The translations under genes and the position numbers were made by a program. From positions 1 through 48,051 of IMG/VR virus record IMGVR_UViG_3300042808_000025: 48,051 nt of DNA. One strand, written 5' to 3'. Below are positions 27,576 through 36,525 of the stretch, one piece after another. The notes under the pieces are model-generated. The model saw nothing but the letters and a program-made list of their open reading frames with translations, searched no databases and was not told the origin of the DNA. Each line of letters begins with the position of its first letter. The stretch's first letter is position 1. Source of the stretch: a virus. Its lineage: Duplodnaviria; Caudoviricetes.

Positions 27576-28319
27576 TCATCGGTTTGCAAACTCCTCTACT
27601 TTTTCATCTTTGTTAAATAGCCATTCGATCGTAGCTTTCCAAGCGTTAGGTTTTCTAACACCATCAACTAATCCCTTATGGAAATCACTCATACCGATAT
27701 GTTTAATAGCCTTAGCACATACTTCAAATCCTAAACTGTCAAGTCTGGCGGCCATCTTTGTCTTCCGTCCATCCGTAAGCCTTACTTTAGTTTTAGCTGT
27801 TTCCAGTAACGAAATACGATCCTGTTCGTTAGCTACCATCCAAGCCTGGATTCCAATTACCATTTCAATTAACCAACCTTTATATAATTTCTCAACATTC
27901 TCAACCATTTCCGACGAAAGTTTATTCTCATGTGTCTTCTTTGTTATGGTACTGGCAGAATCGCTGTTACGTACTGGCATATTGCCAGTTCGAGAGGTCA
28001 ACACCGTATGTGGAACGACTAAAACTCGGTAGTGCCAGGTGTAAGCACCATTAGCCATTTTCTTTTCTGCTTCAATCCAACCAGCATCAATTAATATTTG
28101 TCGAGCCTTGCGTTGTTTACGCTCACTAATATTAGTTTCTTCAAGTAATTCGCTAGATGTCTTATAGATAAAACCATCACTCCGCTTAGCGTATTTATTC
28201 CAATGACATAACTGTTGGAATATTATCGCGGCATCATTAGACCCAAGTATTTTAGCTATCTCTGGCCTAAAAGCAATGACCCTCTCGGATTCTACCTTAT
28301 ATTCAACATTCATCATCAA
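27576..28319 (-). CDS. Replication initiator / replisome organizer (N-terminal wHTH)
   Basis: AIIFQQLCHW...GFIYKT..EL.EET.IS....KAR..L N-domain; C-terminal WKATIEWLF. Confidence 0.8.
   Translation of the reverse strand: MMMNVEYKVESERVIAFRPEIAKILGSNDAAIIFQQLCHWNKYAKRSDGFIYKTSSELLEETNISERKQRKARQILIDAGWIEAEKKMANGAYTWHYRVLVVPHTVLTSRTGNMPVRNSDSASTITKKTHENKLSSEMVENVEKLYKGWLIEMVIGIQAWMVANEQDRISLLETAKTKVRLTDGRKTKMAARLDSLGFEVCAKAIKHIGMSDFHKGLVDGVRKPNAWKATIEWLFNKDEKVEEFANR
27949..27989. other. Putative iteron-like origin inside the initiator gene
   Basis: GTACTGGCA at 27949 and 27971 (22-bp spacing), plus inverted TGCCAGT at 27983, in the inter-domain linker. Confidence 0.4.
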
Positions 28320-28509
28320 GCCTCACATCACCACTTACCGGTTCAAACTCACACATACTAATCTTGATGACCCACTCATTGTGATCGCCTAACCATAAAT
28401 GAGCATATCCTTCTTTATCGGTAGTATGAAAATCTTTCTTTACTTTAACGGTTTTCTCACCATGTCTGGCCGTCGTAACCTTTACGTAAGTATTAGATCT
28501 TATAAGCAT
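28303..28509 (-). CDS. Hypothetical protein, first gene of the main leftward operon
   Basis: GGAGGG RBS before ATG 28509; the longer TTG start runs through a structured leader. Confidence 0.55.
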   Translation of the reverse strand: MLIRSNTYVKVTTARHGEKTVKVKKDFHTTDKEGYAHLWLGDHNEWVIKISMCEFEPVSGDVRLDDEC

Positions 28510-28576
28510 TCGCCCCTCCAATTTTGTTGACACGAGGATTTCTACCATATACACTATAAATGTTATGTTAGGTTCT

Positions 28577-28762
28577 GAGTTCACCCTCATGTCGTTATCG
28601 GTATGAGGGGTTCTCTTTTCCAAGAGTCTTTAGTTGTTATTTTGTTAATTATACCGATTAAGCGTATGGCGCCGGTAGCGAAATGCCTTAATCGACTTGC
28701 ATAATTCGCCCATCAATCTAATGGATTATACCAGCACTACTACGCTTAATTGTTATTGGTTC
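28577..28762 (-). ncRNA. Structured 5' leader with boxA-like motif and long G-U-rich stem
   Basis: Stem 28657-28750 (about 21 bp) preceded by GAACCAATAACAATT; second stem at about 28577-28615. Confidence 0.5.
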
Positions 28763-28781
28763 TGTGTTCTTTACATAAGAT

Positions 28782-28810
28782 ACTATACACCATTGTGTTC
28801 GGATAATCAA
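28782..28810 (-). promoter_or_regulatory. Sigma70-type promoter P1 (replication operon), divergent from the terS promoter
   Basis: TTGATT-17 nt-TATAGT; TCCGAAC in the spacer. Confidence 0.75.
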
Positions 28811-28829
28811 TATGCTAATATGTTTTTAT

Positions 28830-29453
28830 ATGGCAAATAAACCAGAACGAAGACCAGAACCACAAAAACTAATCATGGCTATGAGACCTACCTTCTACAG
28901 GCTCGTAGCCCAGTATGGTAAAGACATGATTACCATTAAAAGAATCCTAAACGAAGAGTTCAACGTAGATGAAACTATTGAACACTTGGAACGATTAAAA
29001 AAGAATAGCGCAGCCCAAATAGCTAAAGCCCGGTCCGAATTACGATGCCGGTATGAAAAGACCCACGATTTCATGCGTTTGTTTAACAAGACCGGCGTAA
29101 TTATCGAACGACGCATAAATAAGGCCATGAGAGACGACAGGAAGCTCGAAAGCCTCGATGCCGCATATTCTAACGGTTTGATAGGAAAAATGGAATACAA
29201 GCGACGTGTGGCCGTCCTATCGATACTTTCAACGTCCGACTTACTCAAGCTTGCGGATTATTGTAGACCACAAGCACCAGTCTCGCCCAATAACACACTC
29301 CCACCACCTTCATCGCCCAATAACACAATTGATACCGCGGCAATGGCCTCATTACAAGCAGCAATCGCTAACGGTGACACTGTAGAACTACAACGTATTA
29401 TGTGGCCTAAGAATAAAGACGAAGATCCGGAAGCCCCATCGCCCAAAAAATAA
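28830..29453 (+). CDS. Probable terminase small subunit
   Basis: HTH-like N-terminus, helical middle and Pro-rich tail; the only rightward gene upstream of TerL; likely start ATG 28830. Confidence 0.5.
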   Translation: MANKPERRPEPQKLIMAMRPTFYRLVAQYGKDMITIKRILNEEFNVDETIEHLERLKKNSAAQIAKARSELRCRYEKTHDFMRLFNKTGVIIERRINKAMRDDRKLESLDAAYSNGLIGKMEYKRRVAVLSILSTSDLLKLADYCRPQAPVSPNNTLPPPSSPNNTIDTAAMASLQAAIANGDTVELQRIMWPKNKDEDPEAPSPKK

Positions 29454-29598
29454 TATCACCTATGATATATTTATAAATATTAAAGCTTATTAATTCATAT
29501 CACTTTAGTAACACTTATAAAATATACCCATATATGGCCGTAACTATTAGCATAAACACTACAATAATTATGCTATAAATGGTATTAGTACATATTAA

Positions 29599-29624
29599 AA
29601 TAGCCCCGATCTCTCAAGGCTATT
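29599..29624. terminator. Hairpin terminator between convergent terS and early cassette
   Basis: AATAGCC/GGCTATT inverted repeat with A/T flanks. Confidence 0.6.
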
Positions 29625-29648
29625 AAACTAATTGATTATATTGATTAT

Positions 29649-29819
29649 CTATCTTAACACCGCCCTAATTATCACCCCCATTATACTTATAAACATTATA
29701 CCTATGACGAACACCATTATTGCTATTGCTATGATCATGTTTATGATACGCTTACGCTTAACATAACAGTTAACGCGATATTCATAGCGCCTCATGGCCT
29801 CATGATCAATATTAAGCAC
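29649..29819 (-). CDS. Small membrane protein (early cassette)
   Basis: GTG or ATG start; basic patch followed by a long hydrophobic helix. Confidence 0.5.
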   Translation of the reverse strand: MLNIDHEAMRRYEYRVNCYVKRKRIINMIIAIAIMVFVIGIMFISIMGVIIRAVLR

Positions 29820-30021
29820 GTGCTAACCTCTCAAGCTCGTAAACCTCATTGTTAACGCTAACAATAAGTATAACGGCCTTATCGTGCTTTTCAGTCTCGA
29901 TAATAGCCTTACGATTACCACGTGTAACAGTCCATAATGTAACATTATCACCGATTTTGTTAGCTAACTTGATATCACTACAACCCACTAGCTTAAATTG
30001 ATCATTTATATTTTTAACCAT
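29812..30021 (-). CDS. Early hypothetical protein
   Basis: Coupled ORF in the AT-rich cassette. Confidence 0.6.
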   Translation of the reverse strand: MVKNINDQFKLVGCSDIKLANKIGDNVTLWTVTRGNRKAIIETEKHDKAVILIVSVNNEVYELERLARA

Positions 30022-30023
30022 GG

Positions 30024-30302
30024 CTACTTACCAGATATATTATAACTACCGTCAGTACCATATAATGGCGGTGTCAATTCACGCCCACCTTCTACAGAAC
30101 CGAAACGCGTTACTAGTTCATATAATCGGCCGTCGACGTTAGCTATACCAATTTGGTAAGACCAATTAGCTTGCGATGGACTATAAAAAGCTATGTAGAA
30201 TAGACTAGGTTGCGCCCCGCTATCTATTAAGTGTTTTACCACCTTATCTTCTTTACCCCATTTTATAAGTTGCTTTATATTACTGCTTTTTGCTTTATAC
30301 AT
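30024..30302 (-). CDS. Early hypothetical protein
   Basis: AAAGGGG RBS. Confidence 0.7.
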   Translation of the reverse strand: MYKAKSSNIKQLIKWGKEDKVVKHLIDSGAQPSLFYIAFYSPSQANWSYQIGIANVDGRLYELVTRFGSVEGGRELTPPLYGTDGSYNISGK

Positions 30303-30400
30303 ATATGCCCCTTTATAATTATTATTTTATTATGTTAGGCTTGCGCCTATTTCTACTAATAACCAGGTTAGTTATTAGTAGTGTAGTAGCAAGATATAGG

Positions 30401-30967
30401 CTATTTATAATGTATTGTTATATTTTCGTTGATAGCATCCGGCAACGTATCATTAATAGTATTCTGGATATCACTATCATATACAGAATCATAACTAACA
30501 ATGTCTAGTCCGGTATCAGTCTTAATAGTCATATCGTAAATTCTACCGTCAATATAATCGTTGTAGCGCTTAACTTCATCTATTAAGTAATCTTCGATCT
30601 GTTCATTAGTGACTTTATTGCCGATTAGATCATCAGTCAATTGTTTAGTGGTATAAATAAAGCCCACTTGGCCACAATCCCATCCGCTAACCTCACCAAC
30701 TGATATAGATAAACCGCTATGATCATATAAGCTAATAGGTAAAATTACAGTTGCGCCTTTATCATCTATTAAATGCTTTTTTAGATCGTCCAAATTTTCG
30801 TATTCAAAAGCGTTAAACTGTTCATCACCTAATTCATAATGTTTATGACTACATACCATAATACCTATATTGTCTTGAAAATCACGTTCATTATCTGGAC
30901 AATTTGATTGTGTTAGAAATACGTTAAATTTGCGTGTATCAATATGTTTTATATCTATTTTTTGCAT
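30401..30967 (-). CDS. Early protein of a widespread phage/ICE family (YDHSG...WDxGQVG)
   Basis: LPISLYDHSGLSIS, WDCGQVGFIY and EVKRYNDYIDG motifs; AAAGGGG RBS; function unknown. Confidence 0.75.
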   Translation of the reverse strand: MQKIDIKHIDTRKFNVFLTQSNCPDNERDFQDNIGIMVCSHKHYELGDEQFNAFEYENLDDLKKHLIDDKGATVILPISLYDHSGLSISVGEVSGWDCGQVGFIYTTKQLTDDLIGNKVTNEQIEDYLIDEVKRYNDYIDGRIYDMTIKTDTGLDIVSYDSVYDSDIQNTINDTLPDAINENITIHYK

Positions 30968-30991
30968 AGTGTTAGCCCCTTTATTAATTGA

Positions 30992-31141
30992 TTAGTTTAT
31001 TGATAATATTGCATTTTCTTGCGCGTCTGTTAAGACTAATACACCGCAAGCATAAAAGTCTAATAGATCTAATACAGTCACATTATAGCCATATTTACGG
31101 CTAAGCTTAGACAATAAGTTATTGATAATACTATTATTCAT
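30992..31141 (-). CDS. Early small protein (49 aa)
   Basis: AAAGGGG RBS; MNNSIINNLLSKLSRKYGY... Confidence 0.6.
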   Translation of the reverse strand: MNNSIINNLLSKLSRKYGYNVTVLDLLDFYACGVLVLTDAQENAILSIN

Positions 31142-31153
31142 AATATAACCCCT

Positions 31154-31243
31154 TTATACTGTTACAACTACAACCCATAACCAGATTATAATTATAGCGA
31201 TTAATATTTTAATGATTGAAATGATCTGATTAATTATTTTCAT
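31154..31243 (-). CDS. Early 29-aa hydrophobic peptide
   Basis: MKIINQIISIIKILIAIIIIWLWVVVVTV. Confidence 0.45.
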   Translation of the reverse strand: MKIINQIISIIKILIAIIIIWLWVVVVTV

Positions 31244-31304
31244 CTAGATCAATCCTATATGTTATTTTGATAACTGGTTGCGTATTATCTTTAATGATAA
31301 ACAT
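31230..31304 (-). CDS. Early 24-aa peptide
   Basis: AAAGGGG RBS; first ORF after promoter P3. Confidence 0.45.
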   Translation of the reverse strand: MFIIKDNTQPVIKITYRIDLDENN

Positions 31305-31403
31305 TTTAACCCCTTTTTTATTTTTGTTTTATTCGTATAGTGATATTTTTTATTAATATCGCTATTGTATTTTATAAGCTTGTTACTACTTGCTTATGTC
31401 TTA

Positions 31404-31432
31404 ATACTAGCAAATTATCCGTACATTGTCAA
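31404..31432 (-). promoter_or_regulatory. Sigma70-type promoter P3 (early cassette)
   Basis: TTGACA-17 nt-TAGTAT with TG; TCCGTAC in the spacer and GTTCGGA upstream. Confidence 0.8.
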
Positions 31433-31859
31433 TGCTTTTTATTGATATTCTTAGTTCGGATAATAACAGATTAAAAAGCGCATATAAAATAGGCTAAAAT
31501 ACTACGTACATAACGCTTGTGTTACATTTATCACGGCCATTTTACAACGCCCGCAACAACAAAAAAGATCATTTAATATATGTATGTCTAAGCTTAACAC
31601 CTTACGCTATATTATATTATCCATAAAAAGATGAGTATACACCCATCTTTTGCCAAAATAGTTAACGTCGCACAATCTATATTTTACGACGTTAAACTCT
31701 GTATGGTGTTATATAACAGAGGTGACGCAATGATAAGGCCATAAATTAGTGTATATATAAATTGCTAATATAATATACTACTGTTATTTATTACATTTAT
31801 GATATATTGTTTATTTATTTTTGTTTTTTGCTTTTTATTTTATAATATGCACAATCATG

Positions 31860-32110
31860 CAATGCATGCCCTCGAACCCCCTATGCACCCGATCTGTTCC
31901 ACCGTCGGCGCAACCCTACTATATTAATAGTGCCTAACGAAAAAATATATAAATTTTCCGAGCGAACAGAAATCGTGTTTTTTGTCCGAGCGTTTAGTTC
32001 GGATAAAAATAAAAAATTTCACAATACAAAATAACAGGGGTCAGAAAAATTTTTTGCAATTTTTTTGTGGTACATAGTTTTTGGCAAAATATCCGAACGC
32101 AGTCTAAGGT
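31860..32110. other. Putative packaging/terminus region
   Basis: Non-coding; GC-rich patch followed by A/T tracts and clustered TCCGA(A/G)C motifs immediately upstream of TerL. Confidence 0.4.
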
Positions 32111-32171
32111 GTTAGTGTATCGGCTTTTGATAATAATATTAATACTTTGTCAAGTAGTGTATTATTGATTT

Positions 32172-33830
32172 ATGGAACTAGACGTAAATGAACAAATAAA
32201 ACAAGCTGGAACGAGGGTTATAGCTGAAAGATGCAAACATGATCTATTCTATTTAGCTAAATATGTATTAGGTGGTGGTGATCTAATCGATCCTAAGGTA
32301 CATGGACCATTGTGTGCATCATTTAGACATCTTGTATTCAAAGATAACCCAGAAGAGTCTCTAAAGTACTCATATCCATCTGATTTCGGTAGAACAGAAG
32401 AAGAGGGAATGCCTAATGAACAAGAGAAACTTGATTTCATTAAATGGCAAAATAAGTTTGAACCAGATCTAAATGCTAATTATGTAGTACGAGATAAAGT
32501 GGATATACACCTTACGTCGCATTTGTATCTTATGCCTCGTGGTACTCTTAAAACATCAGTTATCACTATAGCCGGAACGATACAATGGCTACTTAATTAT
32601 CCAGAAGATCGTGTTTGTATTGATTCTGAAACCGTAACAAAGTCTCAAGGGTTCTTATCAGAGATAAAAGGTCACTTTGAAGAGAATGAAAAGCTACGCG
32701 ATATATGGTTTTCGTTACATGGAGACGCTCCTGATGACGCTAAAAAGAAAAAGAAATGGTCTACAGAAGGTTTAGTAGTTGCAACGCGTAAGAAGTCACG
32801 TAAAGAGCCTTCAGTAGATGCTATAGGACCTGGTGTGGCACGTAATGGTTGGCACTACGATATAGCTTTTCTTGATGACCTTCATTCTGAACTTAATACT
32901 AAAAGCAAAGAAGAGATTGATAAGGTGAAGGAACACCGTAAACTTGTTTATTCTCTATTAGATCCTAATGCTCCACAAGTAGTTATTGGTACACGCTGGT
33001 CTTTTGGTGATATGTATCAAGAAATTATTGAAGAAGAACATGAAGATTTTAATTTTATCACTCGCTCGGCTCTCTCCAAGGCCGGTGACGAGTTTTACCC
33101 ACTTAGGTTGAGTACAAACGTGCTTAAACGTTTTAGACGCGTTCAGGGTCCTTATTTGTTCTCATGCCAATATATGAATAATCCAGTAGATGATGATACT
33201 GCTACATTTCGTCGTGAAGATTTTAGGTATTTATCACGTCATGAAATGAGCTTACGCAGTATTAACTGGTATGGTTTAGTAGATCCATCTTACGAAGGAC
33301 CGTATAGTGATTATTGTGCTATCGTAATTGCCGGTATTGATAACGAAGGACGGTATTATGTTAAACATATTGTACGAGAGAAAATGACATATACTGCTAT
33401 TATCGATAGGATGTTTGAACTTGATGCTATATTCAAGATAGCTAGGTGGGGTTTAGAGATTGTTGGTACTCAAAAGTCTATTGAGCATACATTACGAGAG
33501 AAAGAACGAACCAAAGGTAAAAATTTACGAGTCCATTTGTTTAAATCTAGGGCTGCTACTAAAGAAGAACGTATACGTGGCTTAGCACCATTCTATGAAG
33601 ATCATAAAATATTCCATTGTACTAATATGCCTAACCTAGAGTATTTAGAAGACGAGTTATCTAAATTCCCGCGAGCAAAAAATGATGATGTTTCTGACTG
33701 TTTTGCAGGTATACTAGAATTAGGGATTCGTCCAAAAGGCGTAAGTCCTGAGAATAAAAGGACTAGCATAAACAATAAAGAATATATTACAATGTTAAAT
33801 AAACCTAGGTCACCTATGGTGGGATATTAA
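32172..33830 (+). CDS. terL: Terminase large subunit
   Basis: MPRGTLKTS (Walker A), GWHYDIAFLDD (Walker B), IGTRW, CQYMNNP, VDPS and FPRAKNDDVSD. Confidence 0.93.
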   Translation: MELDVNEQIKQAGTRVIAERCKHDLFYLAKYVLGGGDLIDPKVHGPLCASFRHLVFKDNPEESLKYSYPSDFGRTEEEGMPNEQEKLDFIKWQNKFEPDLNANYVVRDKVDIHLTSHLYLMPRGTLKTSVITIAGTIQWLLNYPEDRVCIDSETVTKSQGFLSEIKGHFEENEKLRDIWFSLHGDAPDDAKKKKKWSTEGLVVATRKKSRKEPSVDAIGPGVARNGWHYDIAFLDDLHSELNTKSKEEIDKVKEHRKLVYSLLDPNAPQVVIGTRWSFGDMYQEIIEEEHEDFNFITRSALSKAGDEFYPLRLSTNVLKRFRRVQGPYLFSCQYMNNPVDDDTATFRREDFRYLSRHEMSLRSINWYGLVDPSYEGPYSDYCAIVIAGIDNEGRYYVKHIVREKMTYTAIIDRMFELDAIFKIARWGLEIVGTQKSIEHTLREKERTKGKNLRVHLFKSRAATKEERIRGLAPFYEDHKIFHCTNMPNLEYLEDELSKFPRAKNDDVSDCFAGILELGIRPKGVSPENKRTSINNKEYITMLNKPRSPMVGY

Positions 33831-33838
33831 GAAGGAAT

Positions 33839-36055
33839 ATGAGCAAGCAAACCGGGGAATTCACACAATACAGAAAAGAAGCAGATAAAAATACTATCGA
33901 GAGTACTTCTGGTAGTGGTGCAAAGTACGAATATAGGCCTAAGAATAAAGAAGATTCTGAATTAAGACGACGTATCTGGGATAGGTATCAAGATATGAAG
34001 TCAGATCCACTTCGTATTGAGGCTGAGAAACAATGGGATCTCGGTGATAAGATGTATCGTATGTGGTCTCCTAAACGTGATCCTAAGGATTGGCGAGCTG
34101 ATATTGCTTTGCCGGATGCTTTTTCTGCTGTTCAGTCCCATATGCAAGAAACTATTAACCTTCGCCCACGTCCTATTATCAAGAGTACTGACTCATCTGA
34201 CGCTCCTTTAGAGCGTTTTGCTAGCTCTGTATTTAATTATGCTATGGATGTTACTGAATTTGACCAAGAGACCTATAAGGCTCGTCATGCTTCTGCTATT
34301 CGCGGTACTGCTTTTACCTTAGAAGAATATCGATATGAGACCCGAGATGTTCAAATTCCTACTTCGTTTGAAGATGGTGAAATGAAATATAAGAAAAAGA
34401 CTATTACTGATTGGGATGATGTATATACTCGATTTATTGAGAATGAAGCAGCTTTCTTTGACCCAGGTGCAGAAGATCAGAAATATGGAGTCGATTGTGC
34501 TTATCGTGATGTTATACCGTTCAGCTTATTCAAACAGTTGTATCTAGATAAACCAGGCTACATTGATACTGATAAAGTTGTACCAGCTGGTGATGTTCCT
34601 AAAAACGTAGGGTTCTTTAAGGTTGCTGAGGGAATTAACGATGATGATGTTGAGATTATCAAGTATTGGAACAAGTTAACTGACCAATATGGAGTATTAG
34701 CAAATAATATCCTTATTAGGACTGAGCCTTTACCATCAATGCATAAAGAATTGCCTATGGATGTATGGTCATTTTATCCTGTTCCTGGTCAAATTTATGG
34801 AATGGGTATCCCATTCATTATTCACACATTAGTTGAAGAGCGCCGATCGATGAGAAATATGTCATTAGACCGTCAGAAGATGCACCTAGCTAAGATGTTT
34901 ATCGTGAATGACCTATTCGATGTCGCTGAGGAAGACTTGACACCACGACCACATGGATTAATCCGTATGAATACTAATGGGTTGCCACTTTCACAGGCTA
35001 TACAACCACTAGAATACGGTGATGTTCCGGCTTCTAGTCTACGAATGGATGAAGCTTTGAAAGAAGATGAGCGTCGATCACATGGTATGGATGATCGCCC
35101 AGCTATGCAACAAGGTGGTACGGCTACGGAGGCTGCTATTGTTAAGGAATCTACTCAAGCTCGTATTAATTTGATTAACACACTGTCTAACTGGAACACA
35201 CTTGTACGATTAGGTAAGAAGAAATGGTCTAATGTTCAGTTCTATTACCAAGGAAAACGAATGGAGCGTATTGTTGAAGACGGCAAGACTGTTGAAAAGA
35301 AAGTTTACCGCAATATTAAGGTAGAAGGGTATGAGTATAAGATTGTTGGAGACCCAGAAAAGGGCGAAACTACCGAACTTGCAACTAATAAGATAGAAGG
35401 TTGGTCGTCATTCCGCATGAATCCTGCTTATGCACAGTACATGGATCGAAATTACGATATTATCATGGATGCTGAGTCCTGTCCTGTTATTAGTAAAGCT
35501 ATTAAACGCGCTCAAGTTACTGAAATGTTCAATGGATTTAGTGCTAACCCAGCTTTGACTAGGTTCCTAGACCTAGAGAGTTCTATGAAGCGAGTAGTGT
35601 TGTTGAATGAAGAGTCTCCTAAAGACTGGATGATCGGTGATGGTATCACTGCCGACCAACAACAGATGATTGCTCAACAAGAGAATGAAATATTTATGAA
35701 TATGGAAGAGAATGGACGCATATTCGCTCTTCCTGGTACGCCTAATGCTACCGAAGACCATAATGGGGTTCACTTAGACTTTACTAAAACAACTGCGTTT
35801 GAGCGTTTGTCAGCTCCTGTGAAGAAAGTAATCGGCGATCACATACAAGAAGAGATTATGGCTAACCCAGCGCTTGCTCAGGCAGCAGGATTGATGGCTG
35901 GAGGTGGTGGTATGACCGGCGAAGAGGGCGGTGGAAACTCGGTTAACCCTGGTATGCCAGGTGGACCTAATGTGGAACCTGGTAGTGCTGCTTCAGCTGG
36001 TGTGAACGCTCCTGTGGCTGGTGGAGATGTTACTAATACGTCACCTATGATATAA
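33839..36055 (+). CDS. Portal protein (P22-like size)
   Basis: 738 aa directly after TerL; YGMG and TATEA motifs; Gly/Pro-rich tail. Confidence 0.85.
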   Translation: MSKQTGEFTQYRKEADKNTIESTSGSGAKYEYRPKNKEDSELRRRIWDRYQDMKSDPLRIEAEKQWDLGDKMYRMWSPKRDPKDWRADIALPDAFSAVQSHMQETINLRPRPIIKSTDSSDAPLERFASSVFNYAMDVTEFDQETYKARHASAIRGTAFTLEEYRYETRDVQIPTSFEDGEMKYKKKTITDWDDVYTRFIENEAAFFDPGAEDQKYGVDCAYRDVIPFSLFKQLYLDKPGYIDTDKVVPAGDVPKNVGFFKVAEGINDDDVEIIKYWNKLTDQYGVLANNILIRTEPLPSMHKELPMDVWSFYPVPGQIYGMGIPFIIHTLVEERRSMRNMSLDRQKMHLAKMFIVNDLFDVAEEDLTPRPHGLIRMNTNGLPLSQAIQPLEYGDVPASSLRMDEALKEDERRSHGMDDRPAMQQGGTATEAAIVKESTQARINLINTLSNWNTLVRLGKKKWSNVQFYYQGKRMERIVEDGKTVEKKVYRNIKVEGYEYKIVGDPEKGETTELATNKIEGWSSFRMNPAYAQYMDRNYDIIMDAESCPVISKAIKRAQVTEMFNGFSANPALTRFLDLESSMKRVVLLNEESPKDWMIGDGITADQQQMIAQQENEIFMNMEENGRIFALPGTPNATEDHNGVHLDFTKTTAFERLSAPVKKVIGDHIQEEIMANPALAQAAGLMAGGGGMTGEEGGGNSVNPGMPGGPNVEPGSAASAGVNAPVAGGDVTNTSPMI

Positions 36056-36091
36056 AAGCACTTGCATTAAACATAAGAATAGAGGTAATAT

Positions 36092-36418
36092 ATGAGTAAG
36101 AACCAAGACAACATAACATTAGCACCTGCAAAACGTGAAGACTTGTACAATGACGATTACAAGATCGGAATGATTAAGCTTACTAAAGAAGAAAAAGTTG
36201 TTCTCTCACAATTAGTAGGGACTCGCGCATGGGACGTTATAAAAAATGCCTATGTTAAGCAACGAGCGTTACAGATCGCAGTTACATCAGTTAACACAGC
36301 TCAGAACGATATTGATTTATGGTTCTGTAAAGGGAAAGCTAGCGAGGCAAACTATATCATAAAAGATATAGAACGCATCGTTGAAGAGTTTGTAAAATCT
36401 GAAAAAAATAAAAGTTAA
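36092..36418 (+). CDS. Small head-module protein
   Basis: Between portal and scaffold; GAGG RBS. Confidence 0.65.
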   Translation: MSKNQDNITLAPAKREDLYNDDYKIGMIKLTKEEKVVLSQLVGTRAWDVIKNAYVKQRALQIAVTSVNTAQNDIDLWFCKGKASEANYIIKDIERIVEEFVKSEKNKS

Positions 36419-36525
36419 TGGGGTTTAACAACTCCGTTAACTACCAAGCAGCCAGCTAGGTAGTAGTAATAACATAATTCGGGAAATCCTCTGGAACAAA
36501 TCCAATAAGAGTGAACCGACAGGAG
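36415..36525 (+). promoter_or_regulatory. Structured leader upstream of the scaffold gene
   Basis: Three consecutive stems ending just before the AGGAG RBS; G-U pairs on the + strand. Confidence 0.45.

Noticed and set aside
29283-29326. TCGCCCAATAACACA duplicated in terS
   Set aside because: In-frame duplication encoding SPNNT in a Pro-rich linker; no evidence of a separate function, although a pac signal cannot be excluded
29433-31895. CsrA avoidance as the explanation for the AAAGGGG RBS
   Set aside because: GGAU and GGAC remain in the early mRNA, and GGAR is missing on both strands, which favours a DNA-level cause
32340-32520. Intein in the TerL N-terminal insert
   Set aside because: Short, with no Cys/Ser start or His-Asn end splice motifs
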